A program made the position numbers and the translations under genes. A stretch of 44,519 nucleotides of DNA from Coprothermobacterota bacterium (lineage in GTDB: Bacteria; Caldisericota; JANLFM01): NCBI GenBank assembly GCA_026389425.1, contig JAPLHW010000257.1, positions 1 to 44,519 of the forward strand. The letters are read 5' to 3'. Numbering within the stretch: the stretch's first letter is position 1; each line of letters starts with the position of its first letter. The notes under the pieces were generated by a model that was not told the DNA's origin, made no database searches, and was given only the letters and a program-made list of their open reading frames with translations. Below, in pieces: positions 33,300-40,205 of the stretch.

Positions 33300-34346
33300 C
33301 TAGCTTTCGTGGTTTGGAAGCGGCGCCCGTTGAAGCCAACGCCAAAGAATTAAAAGGGCCCAGTTGGCCGCTTGGTCTTGAATCTGTGAACGGTTGCCGG
33401 CCAACTGCAGGAGAGAGCTTCTTACTCCCTCCGGGCCAGCCAAGGCTAAATAGACGGTCCCGACCGGTTTTTCCAAGGTCCCCCCTCCTGGTCCGGCCAA
33501 ACCGGTGATCCCCAGGGCAAGGTCAGCGCCGGCCTGGTGTCGTACTCGCTGGGCCAACTCCTCGGCGACGGAAGCAGAAACCACCCCATCCACCTCCAAG
33601 CTGGAGACGGGGATCCCCAGCAGCGCCATCTTGGCTTCATTGCTATAGACCACCAGTCCTTGCCGAAAGTAAGCCGAGGCGCCTGGCATTTCCGTCAGCA
33701 GGTGGGAGAGCAAACCGCCCGTGCACGACTCGGCCACTGCGAGCTGTAATCCCCGAGCGAGCAAGGATTCTCCCACAGCGAGAGGCAACGTCGAGTGGCC
33801 TAAATAGGAGGATGGGCGGGCTTCTCTCAACCAGCCTTCCAATCGATCCAAGGACTCAACGGCAGCTCTGCCTTCCCCTTCAGCGAGCAACCAAAGGCGC
33901 CATCTGCCCCTGTAAGGTTCCACCTGCACTGGTGGCCAGCCGTGAGGCCATTCTTGCAGGAGAGCTGGAGGGGCGGGGAAGCAATGCAGAAGCCTGGCAA
34001 AGCGGGATGGTCGGCGCTCTTCGAGCAAGGGGCGCAGGGCTGGCCAATCCGGCTGAGACTGCGCAACGAGCAGAAAGGCATCCCCTTCGGTGAGAAAGAG
34101 AGAGGAGTCGCTGATCTCACCAAGGAGCCTCAGGGGTAGGCGAGCGACCAGGGAGCGAGCTCGGCCGGCCGGGTCGCACAGCACTGTATTTCCCCGATCC
34201 AGCCCAATCGATAGTTCCTGGGCGAGCAGGCTCTCCCGCCCTAACCGCACAATTCGGTCAGGGAAATGCCCGGCCTCTCCCAAACCGGCGCGGAAATGCG
34301 TGAGCTCTTCTTCTCCTTCGGACAAGAGAATCAGCGTGCAGTGCAT
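33300..34346 (-). CDS. CinA-family protein with C-terminal PncC (nicotinamide-nucleotide amidase) domain and atypical N-terminal region
   Basis: LAVAESCTGGLLSHLLTEMPGASAYF...VVYSNEAK...GITGLAGPGGGTLEKPVGTVYLAL. The N-terminal ~180 aa do not resemble the usual MoCF-like CinA N-domain. Confidence 0.75.
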   Translation of the reverse strand: MHCTLILLSEGEEELTHFRAGLGEAGHFPDRIVRLGRESLLAQELSIGLDRGNTVLCDPAGRARSLVARLPLRLLGEISDSSLFLTEGDAFLLVAQSQPDWPALRPLLEERRPSRFARLLHCFPAPPALLQEWPHGWPPVQVEPYRGRWRLWLLAEGEGRAAVESLDRLEGWLREARPSSYLGHSTLPLAVGESLLARGLQLAVAESCTGGLLSHLLTEMPGASAYFRQGLVVYSNEAKMALLGIPVSSLEVDGVVSASVAEELAQRVRHQAGADLALGITGLAGPGGGTLEKPVGTVYLALAGPEGVRSSLLQLAGNRSQIQDQAANWALLILWRWLQRAPLPNHES

Positions 34347-34406
34347 CGCTTTGACGATATTTCCAGTTGTCTCACGATAACCTGCAAGATGCCATCGCCT
34401 TCAGCT

Positions 34407-35096
34407 CTAGGGCGGACCGAAGGCCCCAGAGGAGGGACAGCGATCCACGAGCGGACATTCTGGGCAACGCGGTCGCGGCCGACAGATCCGTCTCCCATGC
34501 TCGATTAAGAGAAGGTGAAGGGGAAGCTGGAGTGAAGCCGGAATGTCGTGGTCCAGCCTCTCCATAGCTTGCGTCAGGGAGGTTGGGGAGGCGATCAGTC
34601 CCAGCCTTCGGCCGACTCGTTCAATGTGCCTATCAATCGGAAAGCGAGGCTCCCCACGGGCGAAAAGCAGCACAATGCGGGCAGTCTTCGGCCCCACCCC
34701 CGGCAGGGAGAGGAGGAAGGAGAACAATTCCTCGGGGGTGGACGATTCGGGCAGCTCGAAGCGGCCGAAAGCCTCCTCTATCCGCCGCAGTACGGCCTGA
34801 ATGCGCGGCCCTTTGGTGGGAGCCAGGCCGCCCACGCGGATGGCCTGGATGACCATCGCGGGTGGTGCGTCAACCACCTCCACCCAGCTCGGGAAGGCGG
34901 CCTTCAACGAATCAAACGCTCGATCGCGGTTTTGATCCGATGTGTTTTGCGAGAGGATGGTGGAAATCAGCTCGTCCAGAGGAGAGAGGGTTCTTGGCCG
35001 TTGTGGCGGGCCATACGCGCCCTCTAGACGAGCTTTGATCTCCTGCCATTCAATCGTTTCAGCCGTTAGTTCTCTTCCTTGTTCAACTCTTTCCAA
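34407..35096 (-). CDS. nth: endonuclease III-like HhH-GPD DNA glycosylase with 4Fe-4S cluster loop
   Basis: LISTILSQNTSDQN, HhH LPGVGPKTARIVLLF, catalytic-region PIDRHIERV, C-x6-C-x2-C-x5-C (CRPRPRCPECPLVDRC). Confidence 0.85.
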   Translation of the reverse strand: MERVEQGRELTAETIEWQEIKARLEGAYGPPQRPRTLSPLDELISTILSQNTSDQNRDRAFDSLKAAFPSWVEVVDAPPAMVIQAIRVGGLAPTKGPRIQAVLRRIEEAFGRFELPESSTPEELFSFLLSLPGVGPKTARIVLLFARGEPRFPIDRHIERVGRRLGLIASPTSLTQAMERLDHDIPASLQLPLHLLLIEHGRRICRPRPRCPECPLVDRCPSSGAFGPP

Positions 35097-36580
35097 AAAT
35101 CCCCGAGAGTGCCAAGTGTCTCATCGCTATCGCTGGAACCTTTGCGATCCCGGTCGCTGCGATCACCGCGGTCTCCCCGGTCACGAGGGGAACGTTCGCT
35201 GCGCTCCCCACGCTCACCGCGATCCCGGAAGTCACGTTCGCGGTCTCGGCGAGGGGGCGGGGCCTCCCGTTCCAACTCCGTCTGCTTCATGCTCAGGGTG
35301 ATGCGACGGAGGCTCTTTTTCAGATTGATCACTTTCACCAATACGTCAGCATCCACCTTTAATACGTCTTCAGCGCGAGCTACTTTGTCGTCGGACAGCT
35401 CGGAAATATGCACCAAGCCGGAGATGCCACGCTCCAGCTCGACGATAGCACCGTACTTGCCGAGCTTCACTACTTTTCCCTGAGCAGTCGAGCCAACGGG
35501 GTATTTCAACTCGACCTTTTCCCATGGGTCAGCCTCGACTTGGCGCAAACTAAGTGAGATCTTTCCTTCCTCGGGGGAGAATTTCAAGACCTTCACACTC
35601 AGCTCTTGCCCGACGGCGACAAACTTGGAGGGGTGGCGCAGGGCGCCCCAGGTCAGCTCGGAGATGTGAATCAGGCCATCTACACCTCCCAAATCGACGA
35701 ACACGCCGAAGTTTGTGATGCGGGCCACTTTTCCCGACAACACCAACCCTTCTTCCAGTTTGGTGAAGACTTTATCCTTGGCCTTCTCTCTCTCTTCTTC
35801 TTCGACCTTGCGGGCGGAACAGGTGAACTTGCGGTTCTCCTCGTCCAGCTCGATCACTTTCAAGCGCAGTTCCTGACCCACCGGGCTCCTGCCGCCTCGC
35901 AGCGAGGTTCCCACCTGCGAGCGGGGGACAAAACCCCAAATGCCCATATCGACCAATACACCACCCTTGACGTTGCGCGCAACTGGGGCTTCTAGCACGG
36001 TCTGGTCCGCGAAAGCTCGTTTGATCGTGGTCCAGGCCATCTCATAGTCAGCGCGGCGCTTAGAACAGATGATGTTTCCCTGGTTGTCTTCCACCTTGAC
36101 GACGTAGCAGCTGATCTCTTCGCCCTCTTTGACCACTTCACCAGCCGTGTTGACCGGGGTGCGGGAAAGCTCTTTTAGCGGGATTACGGCTTCGGATTTA
36201 TAGCCGATGTCCACCAAAATAGAGTCGTTCTCCACCTTGACGACAGTGCCCTTGATAATCTCCCCTTCCTTGAAAGTACGGGAGATGTAGGCCTCCATCA
36301 ATGCCTCCGGGCTCTCCTGCGCGGGAGCGGTAGCACGCACCCTGGGGGTAGGTTTCGGCGCTTCGGCCTTGATGGATGGCTCCGGCTCCTCATTCGGAGA
36401 GGCTTCTTCCTCGATGACGAGAGCGGCTTCTTCCTCTACGATGAGGATAGCTTCTTCCTCGATGACGAGAGCGGCTTCTTCCGGGTTTTGGCTGACTTCG
36501 TCGATCTCGGGGGTTGGGGCAGCTTCCTCAATGGGAGCTGCGGCTTCGCTTACTGCTTGCTGGTTCTCCAATTCCGACAC
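35066..36580 (-). CDS. rpsA: 30S ribosomal protein S1 (four S1 domains) with acidic N-terminal and Arg/Asp-rich C-terminal extensions
   Basis: Repeated S1 OB-fold signatures (GEIIKGTVVKVENDSILVDIGYKSEAVIP, VLEAPVARNVKGGVLVDMG, LVLSGKVARITNFGVFVDLGG, GSTAQGKVVKLGKYGAIVELE). Start uncertain: GTG 36580 follows AGGAGA, while the ORF-track ATG 36712 would overlap nadC by 77 nt. Confidence 0.8.
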   Translation of the reverse strand: MSELENQQAVSEAAAPIEEAAPTPEIDEVSQNPEEAALVIEEEAILIVEEEAALVIEEEASPNEEPEPSIKAEAPKPTPRVRATAPAQESPEALMEAYISRTFKEGEIIKGTVVKVENDSILVDIGYKSEAVIPLKELSRTPVNTAGEVVKEGEEISCYVVKVEDNQGNIICSKRRADYEMAWTTIKRAFADQTVLEAPVARNVKGGVLVDMGIWGFVPRSQVGTSLRGGRSPVGQELRLKVIELDEENRKFTCSARKVEEEEREKAKDKVFTKLEEGLVLSGKVARITNFGVFVDLGGVDGLIHISELTWGALRHPSKFVAVGQELSVKVLKFSPEEGKISLSLRQVEADPWEKVELKYPVGSTAQGKVVKLGKYGAIVELERGISGLVHISELSDDKVARAEDVLKVDADVLVKVINLKKSLRRITLSMKQTELEREAPPPRRDRERDFRDRGERGERSERSPRDRGDRGDRSDRDRKGSSDSDETLGTLGDFWKELNKEEN

Positions 36581-36635
36581 TATGCACTCTCCTGCGTTCA
36601 GCCCGCCGGGCTGGGTTTTGGGGGACTTTCCGAAG

Positions 36636-37508
36636 TCAACCTCCGGAGGTTTGGTCCGCCCTCTCAGCGGATATAGTTGGGTCATTCTCCTCGATTTCCA
36701 GGCTGATATCAAGGGCAGCGGCGGAGTGAGTCAGCGCTCCGACCGAGATGTAGTCCACGCCGGTAGCTGCGACGGCAGCAATGGTCTCTTCATTGATCCC
36801 GCCGGAGGCTTCCAATACCGCTCGGCCTGCCGCTCGCTGCACGGCATGGCGCATCACCTCGGGGATCATGTTGTCCAACATGATCCAATCCGCCCCACCG
36901 GCCAACGCTTCCTCCAGTTCGAGAATCGTCTTAACCTCGATCTCCACCACGAGCGAAGGTCGAGCGTGGGCTCGAGCCCGCTCCAAGGCGGGGCTTATTC
37001 CTCCCGCGGCGGCGATGTGGTTGTCCTTGATCAGAATCATGTCGTAAAGGCCCAGGCGATGGTTCCGCGCCCCCCCGATGCGAACAGCGTACTTCTCCAG
37101 ATCCCGCCAAAGGGGAGTGGTCTTGCGTGTGTCCAGCAAACGGGCTCGAGTCCCCTCCAGTTTGGCGCAGAGACGGGCTGTCAGGGTGGCGATGCCAGAG
37201 AGGTGCTGCAACAGATTGAGGGCTGTGCGCTCACCAGCCAGGATGGCACGGGTGCGCGCCTCCAGACAGCCGATGACGACGCCCTTCTGGAGATGTTCCC
37301 CCTCCTCGCGCAGGTTGAAGGTCTTGACCTGCGGGTCGAGCAGGCGGAAGACCTCCATTGCCATCGGCAGGCCGGCGAGGACGCCTTCCCCTTTGGCGAA
37401 AAGGGTGGCACGACTCACCGCATTGATTGGGATCAATGCCTGGGAAGTGACGTCGCCCGAGCCGATGTCTTCCTCTAGGGCGGCCTGCAGTCGTTCCTTC
37501 AGGTTCAA
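36636..37508 (-). CDS. nadC: nicotinate-nucleotide pyrophosphorylase (carboxylating)
   Basis: EDIGSGDVTS, GERTALNLLQHLSGIAT, LLDTRKTTPLWR, IKDNHI, MLDNM, EASGGIN. Likely TTG start at 37508 overlapping the nadB stop (TTGA). The 495-aa ORF in the track is an upstream extension antisense-overlapping nadB. Confidence 0.85.
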   Translation of the reverse strand: MNLKERLQAALEEDIGSGDVTSQALIPINAVSRATLFAKGEGVLAGLPMAMEVFRLLDPQVKTFNLREEGEHLQKGVVIGCLEARTRAILAGERTALNLLQHLSGIATLTARLCAKLEGTRARLLDTRKTTPLWRDLEKYAVRIGGARNHRLGLYDMILIKDNHIAAAGGISPALERARAHARPSLVVEIEVKTILELEEALAGGADWIMLDNMIPEVMRHAVQRAAGRAVLEASGGINEETIAAVAATGVDYISVGALTHSAAALDISLEIEENDPTISAERADQTSGG

Positions 37509-39112
37509 GAGAGGATCACTTTCTCTTCTCCGTCGTAGCGGAGACGGATGTGCCGATTCCAGTGAAGGTCGTCGCGAGCTGGGAAGTCCTCCCGCTGGTG
37601 AGCTCCGCGGCTTTCCTGACGGGTCAAAGCGGAACGGGCGATACGGCCGGCCAGCATGGCGGCGCTGGCTGCGCGAAATTGGCTTGGCGCGGTCAGAACA
37701 AACGGGTCCATGGCAGCCTCCCAGCCGGCCAATTGGGTGATCCCTTCTTCCAGGCCTTGCCGACTGCGGAGAATGCCGACTTGTCGCTCCATCAAGCGTC
37801 GGAGCTCCTCCAAGCGGTAGGGGGTAGCGTTGTCCTGCCTCCTCGCGAAGCCGGCTGCGGGTATTTGGGCAGAAACGGGAACTTGGGCTTGCCCCTCCAA
37901 GAAGCGGGCCAAGCGGGCGCTGAAGACGAGCCCCTCCAGAATGGAATTGGAGGCCAGGCGATTGGCTCCATGCACCCCGGTGCAGGCACATTCGCCGACC
38001 GCATACAACCCGGGCAGCGTGCTTTGACCCCACAGATCGGTCCCTACCCCACCCATCGCGTAGTGCGCGGCGGGAGAGACCGGCACCCATTGACGGCGCG
38101 GGTCGATCCCCAAGGAGAGGCATTTGTGCAGGATCACTGGGAAGCGTTGGGCGATGATATCTGCACCGAGGGGGGAGAAATCGAGGAAGACGTGGTCGCT
38201 TCCCTCCCGCTGCATCTCCCGAAAGATGGCCGCGGAGACCACATCACGTGGGGCAAGCTCAGCCTGCGCGGCGTAATTAAGCATGAAACGCTCGCCGGCG
38301 TGGTTGCGCAAGATGGCTCCTTCCCCGCGCACCGCCTCCGAGATCAGAAAACGGGGCGTTCCTTGATGGGCGAGGGCGGTGGGGTGGAACTGGACGAACT
38401 CCAAATCGGTGAGCTCTGCTCCGGCTCGATAGGCGGAGGCAATGCCGTCGCCGATCGCCCCCTCCGGGTTGGTGGACGGCTCGTAGAGGAAGGAGTAACC
38501 ACCCGAAGCCAGGACCAAGGCGGAGGTTTCCACGATGAAGGGCGATCCGCCAGCCCAGAGCACGGCTCCCTGGACACGGCTCCCCTCAAGCGATTCCGGC
38601 GACCCCAGGATGTCAACCAGGGCGGTATGCTCCAGAAAGGCAATGCGCGGGCAGAGAGAGGCTTGACGATAAAGGGTCTGGATGATCTCGTCGCCGGTTC
38701 GGTCTTTGGCGTGCAATACACGTCTGCGCGAGTGGCTGGCCTCTCGCCCCAGAGCCAGACGCTCCCCCTCGCGGTCGAAGGCCACGCCGAAACGGAGGAG
38801 ATCCTCGATGACGCGCGGCGCTTCCTCGACCAGTACATCAACGGCTGCGTTGTTGCAGAGGCCAGCACCGGCGGCAAGCGTGTCCTCGCGGTGCAAGGAG
38901 GTGCGGTCATCCGTTCCAATGGCGCAAGCCACCCCCCCTTGCGCCAAAGAGGAGTTACTGACGAAGGCCTCAGCTTTGGAGATCAACAGTGAGGTACCGG
39001 GGTATTGCAGGGCGAAGAAGAGGCCAGCCACCCCAGTGCCGATCACCAATACCTCGGACTGAAGACGAGGGCAGTCCAGGAGGGAGCTGCGAGCAAGGAG
39101 AAAGCGTCTCAT
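37505..39112 (-). CDS. nadB: L-aspartate oxidase
   Basis: FAD motif VLVIGTGVAGL, AQGGVA, HPTAL, RGEGA, and GANRLASNSLLEG-like GANRLASNSILEG. ATG 39112 forms an ATGA overlap with the nadA stop. Confidence 0.9.
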   Translation of the reverse strand: MRRFLLARSSLLDCPRLQSEVLVIGTGVAGLFFALQYPGTSLLISKAEAFVSNSSLAQGGVACAIGTDDRTSLHREDTLAAGAGLCNNAAVDVLVEEAPRVIEDLLRFGVAFDREGERLALGREASHSRRRVLHAKDRTGDEIIQTLYRQASLCPRIAFLEHTALVDILGSPESLEGSRVQGAVLWAGGSPFIVETSALVLASGGYSFLYEPSTNPEGAIGDGIASAYRAGAELTDLEFVQFHPTALAHQGTPRFLISEAVRGEGAILRNHAGERFMLNYAAQAELAPRDVVSAAIFREMQREGSDHVFLDFSPLGADIIAQRFPVILHKCLSLGIDPRRQWVPVSPAAHYAMGGVGTDLWGQSTLPGLYAVGECACTGVHGANRLASNSILEGLVFSARLARFLEGQAQVPVSAQIPAAGFARRQDNATPYRLEELRRLMERQVGILRSRQGLEEGITQLAGWEAAMDPFVLTAPSQFRAASAAMLAGRIARSALTRQESRGAHQREDFPARDDLHWNRHIRLRYDGEEKVILS

Positions 39113-40020
39113 CGGACGGCCATCATCCTCTCTAGGGCTCGTCGGGCTCCTGCTTCCCATTGGGGGGGCACTGTCACCTGACCGCTTTCCTCGACCAAGC
39201 ACCGCGTCAAGCTTGCCAAGTCGGTCATCTTCATGTTCGGGCAGACCAGCAGCGGTGAGGCCAGGTGAAACCTTTTACCGAGGTTCTCTTTGCGAAGACG
39301 GTGCAAGAGGCCTTCCTCCGTGCCGATGATGAAGTCGGTGGCTGCGTCATGATGGGCGAAGCGGAGCATCCCTCCCGTGCCCAAGACCTGGTCGGCCAGG
39401 CGGCGTACTTCTGGCCGGCATTCCGGATGCACCAGGACCAAGGCCTCCGGATGCTCCCGGCGCGCCCGCTGGATATCCACCGGCAGCAGGCGGAAGTGGG
39501 TGGGGCAGAAACCCGGCCAGAGCCAAATCTTCTTCGCGGTCTGCTCGGCCACCCAGCTCCCCAACCCTTGGTCGGGAAGAAAGAGAATCTCCTCCGAGGG
39601 GACTGCCTCCACCACGCGCAAGGCGTTAGCCGAGGTGCAAATCCAGTCGGAGGCGGCTTTCAACTCGGCGGTGGAGTTGATGTAGGTCACCACCGCAGCG
39701 TTCGGGTGTTCCACGCGGGCTTTGGCCAGGGCTTCCGTGCCGGCCATCGAAGCCAGTGGGCAACCGGCCTGGGGAACGGGCATCAGGACACGTTTGCCCG
39801 AAAGGATGGCAGCGACTTCAGCCATAAAATTGACGCCGCAGAAGACGATCAACGGCTCGCTGGATCGCTGTGCTGCCAGAGAAAGCTCCAAGGAATCGCC
39901 GACGAAATCAGCGACATCCTGCACTTCGGGGAGCTGGTAGTTGTGGGCTAGGATCAGTGCCCCTTTCTCCTTTTTCAAGCGGAGGATCAGAGGGGTATAA
40001 CCTGCATGTTCTTCGCGCAT
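39109..40020 (-). CDS. nadA: quinolinate synthase
   Basis: ILAHNYQLPEVQDVADFVGDSLELS, VFCGVNFMAE, INSTAELKA, VHPEC. ATG 40020 (MREEHAG) lies 6 nt after a TATAAT box; the ORF-track start at 40062 is a TTG. Confidence 0.9.
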   Translation of the reverse strand: MREEHAGYTPLILRLKKEKGALILAHNYQLPEVQDVADFVGDSLELSLAAQRSSEPLIVFCGVNFMAEVAAILSGKRVLMPVPQAGCPLASMAGTEALAKARVEHPNAAVVTYINSTAELKAASDWICTSANALRVVEAVPSEEILFLPDQGLGSWVAEQTAKKIWLWPGFCPTHFRLLPVDIQRARREHPEALVLVHPECRPEVRRLADQVLGTGGMLRFAHHDAATDFIIGTEEGLLHRLRKENLGKRFHLASPLLVCPNMKMTDLASLTRCLVEESGQVTVPPQWEAGARRALERMMAVR

Positions 40021-40026
40021 TGCTCT

Positions 40027-40054
40027 ATTATAAGCTAGATTGCGAACAGGCCAA
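40027..40054 (-). promoter_or_regulatory. sigma70-like promoter giving a leaderless nadABC transcript
   Basis: On the minus strand: TTGGCC (40049-40054), 16-nt spacer, TATAAT (40027-40032), then 6 nt (AGAGCA) to ATG 40020. Confidence 0.5.
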
Positions 40055-40067
40055 GGTAACAAAACAT

Positions 40068-40205
40068 GCTGCCGCAGGATGTCAAGCTGCTGCAGGCTGT
40101 GCTGTTCACCGGGCCATTCTTCTCAAGGAGGCAAGGAAAATGACAGAACGTGCTGCCGCAAGTTATCAAGCTGCCGCAAGCTCTCAAGCTGCCGTAGGAA
40201 GCGCC
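40068..40205 (+). repeat. five copies of an 18-nt unit (GCTGCCGCARGNTNTCAA) in two clusters 84 nt apart
   Basis: Cluster A 40068-40103 (2 units, noncoding). Cluster B 40152-40205 (3 units, codons 5-22 of the Lon-like gene: AAASYQ AAASSQ AAVGSA). Confidence 0.6.

Noticed and set aside
39870-40139. Upstream 90-codon extension of the Lon-like ORF, and similar N-terminal extensions of nadB (39113-39202), nadA (40021-40062), glycohydrolase (3844-3978), nadC (37509-38123) and the RHH antitoxin (25669-26115)
   Set aside because: The extensions overlap neighbouring genes. They begin at non-ATG codons or lack an SD. Internal starts with an SD, ATGA/TTGA coupling or a leaderless promoter fit homologue N-termini better.
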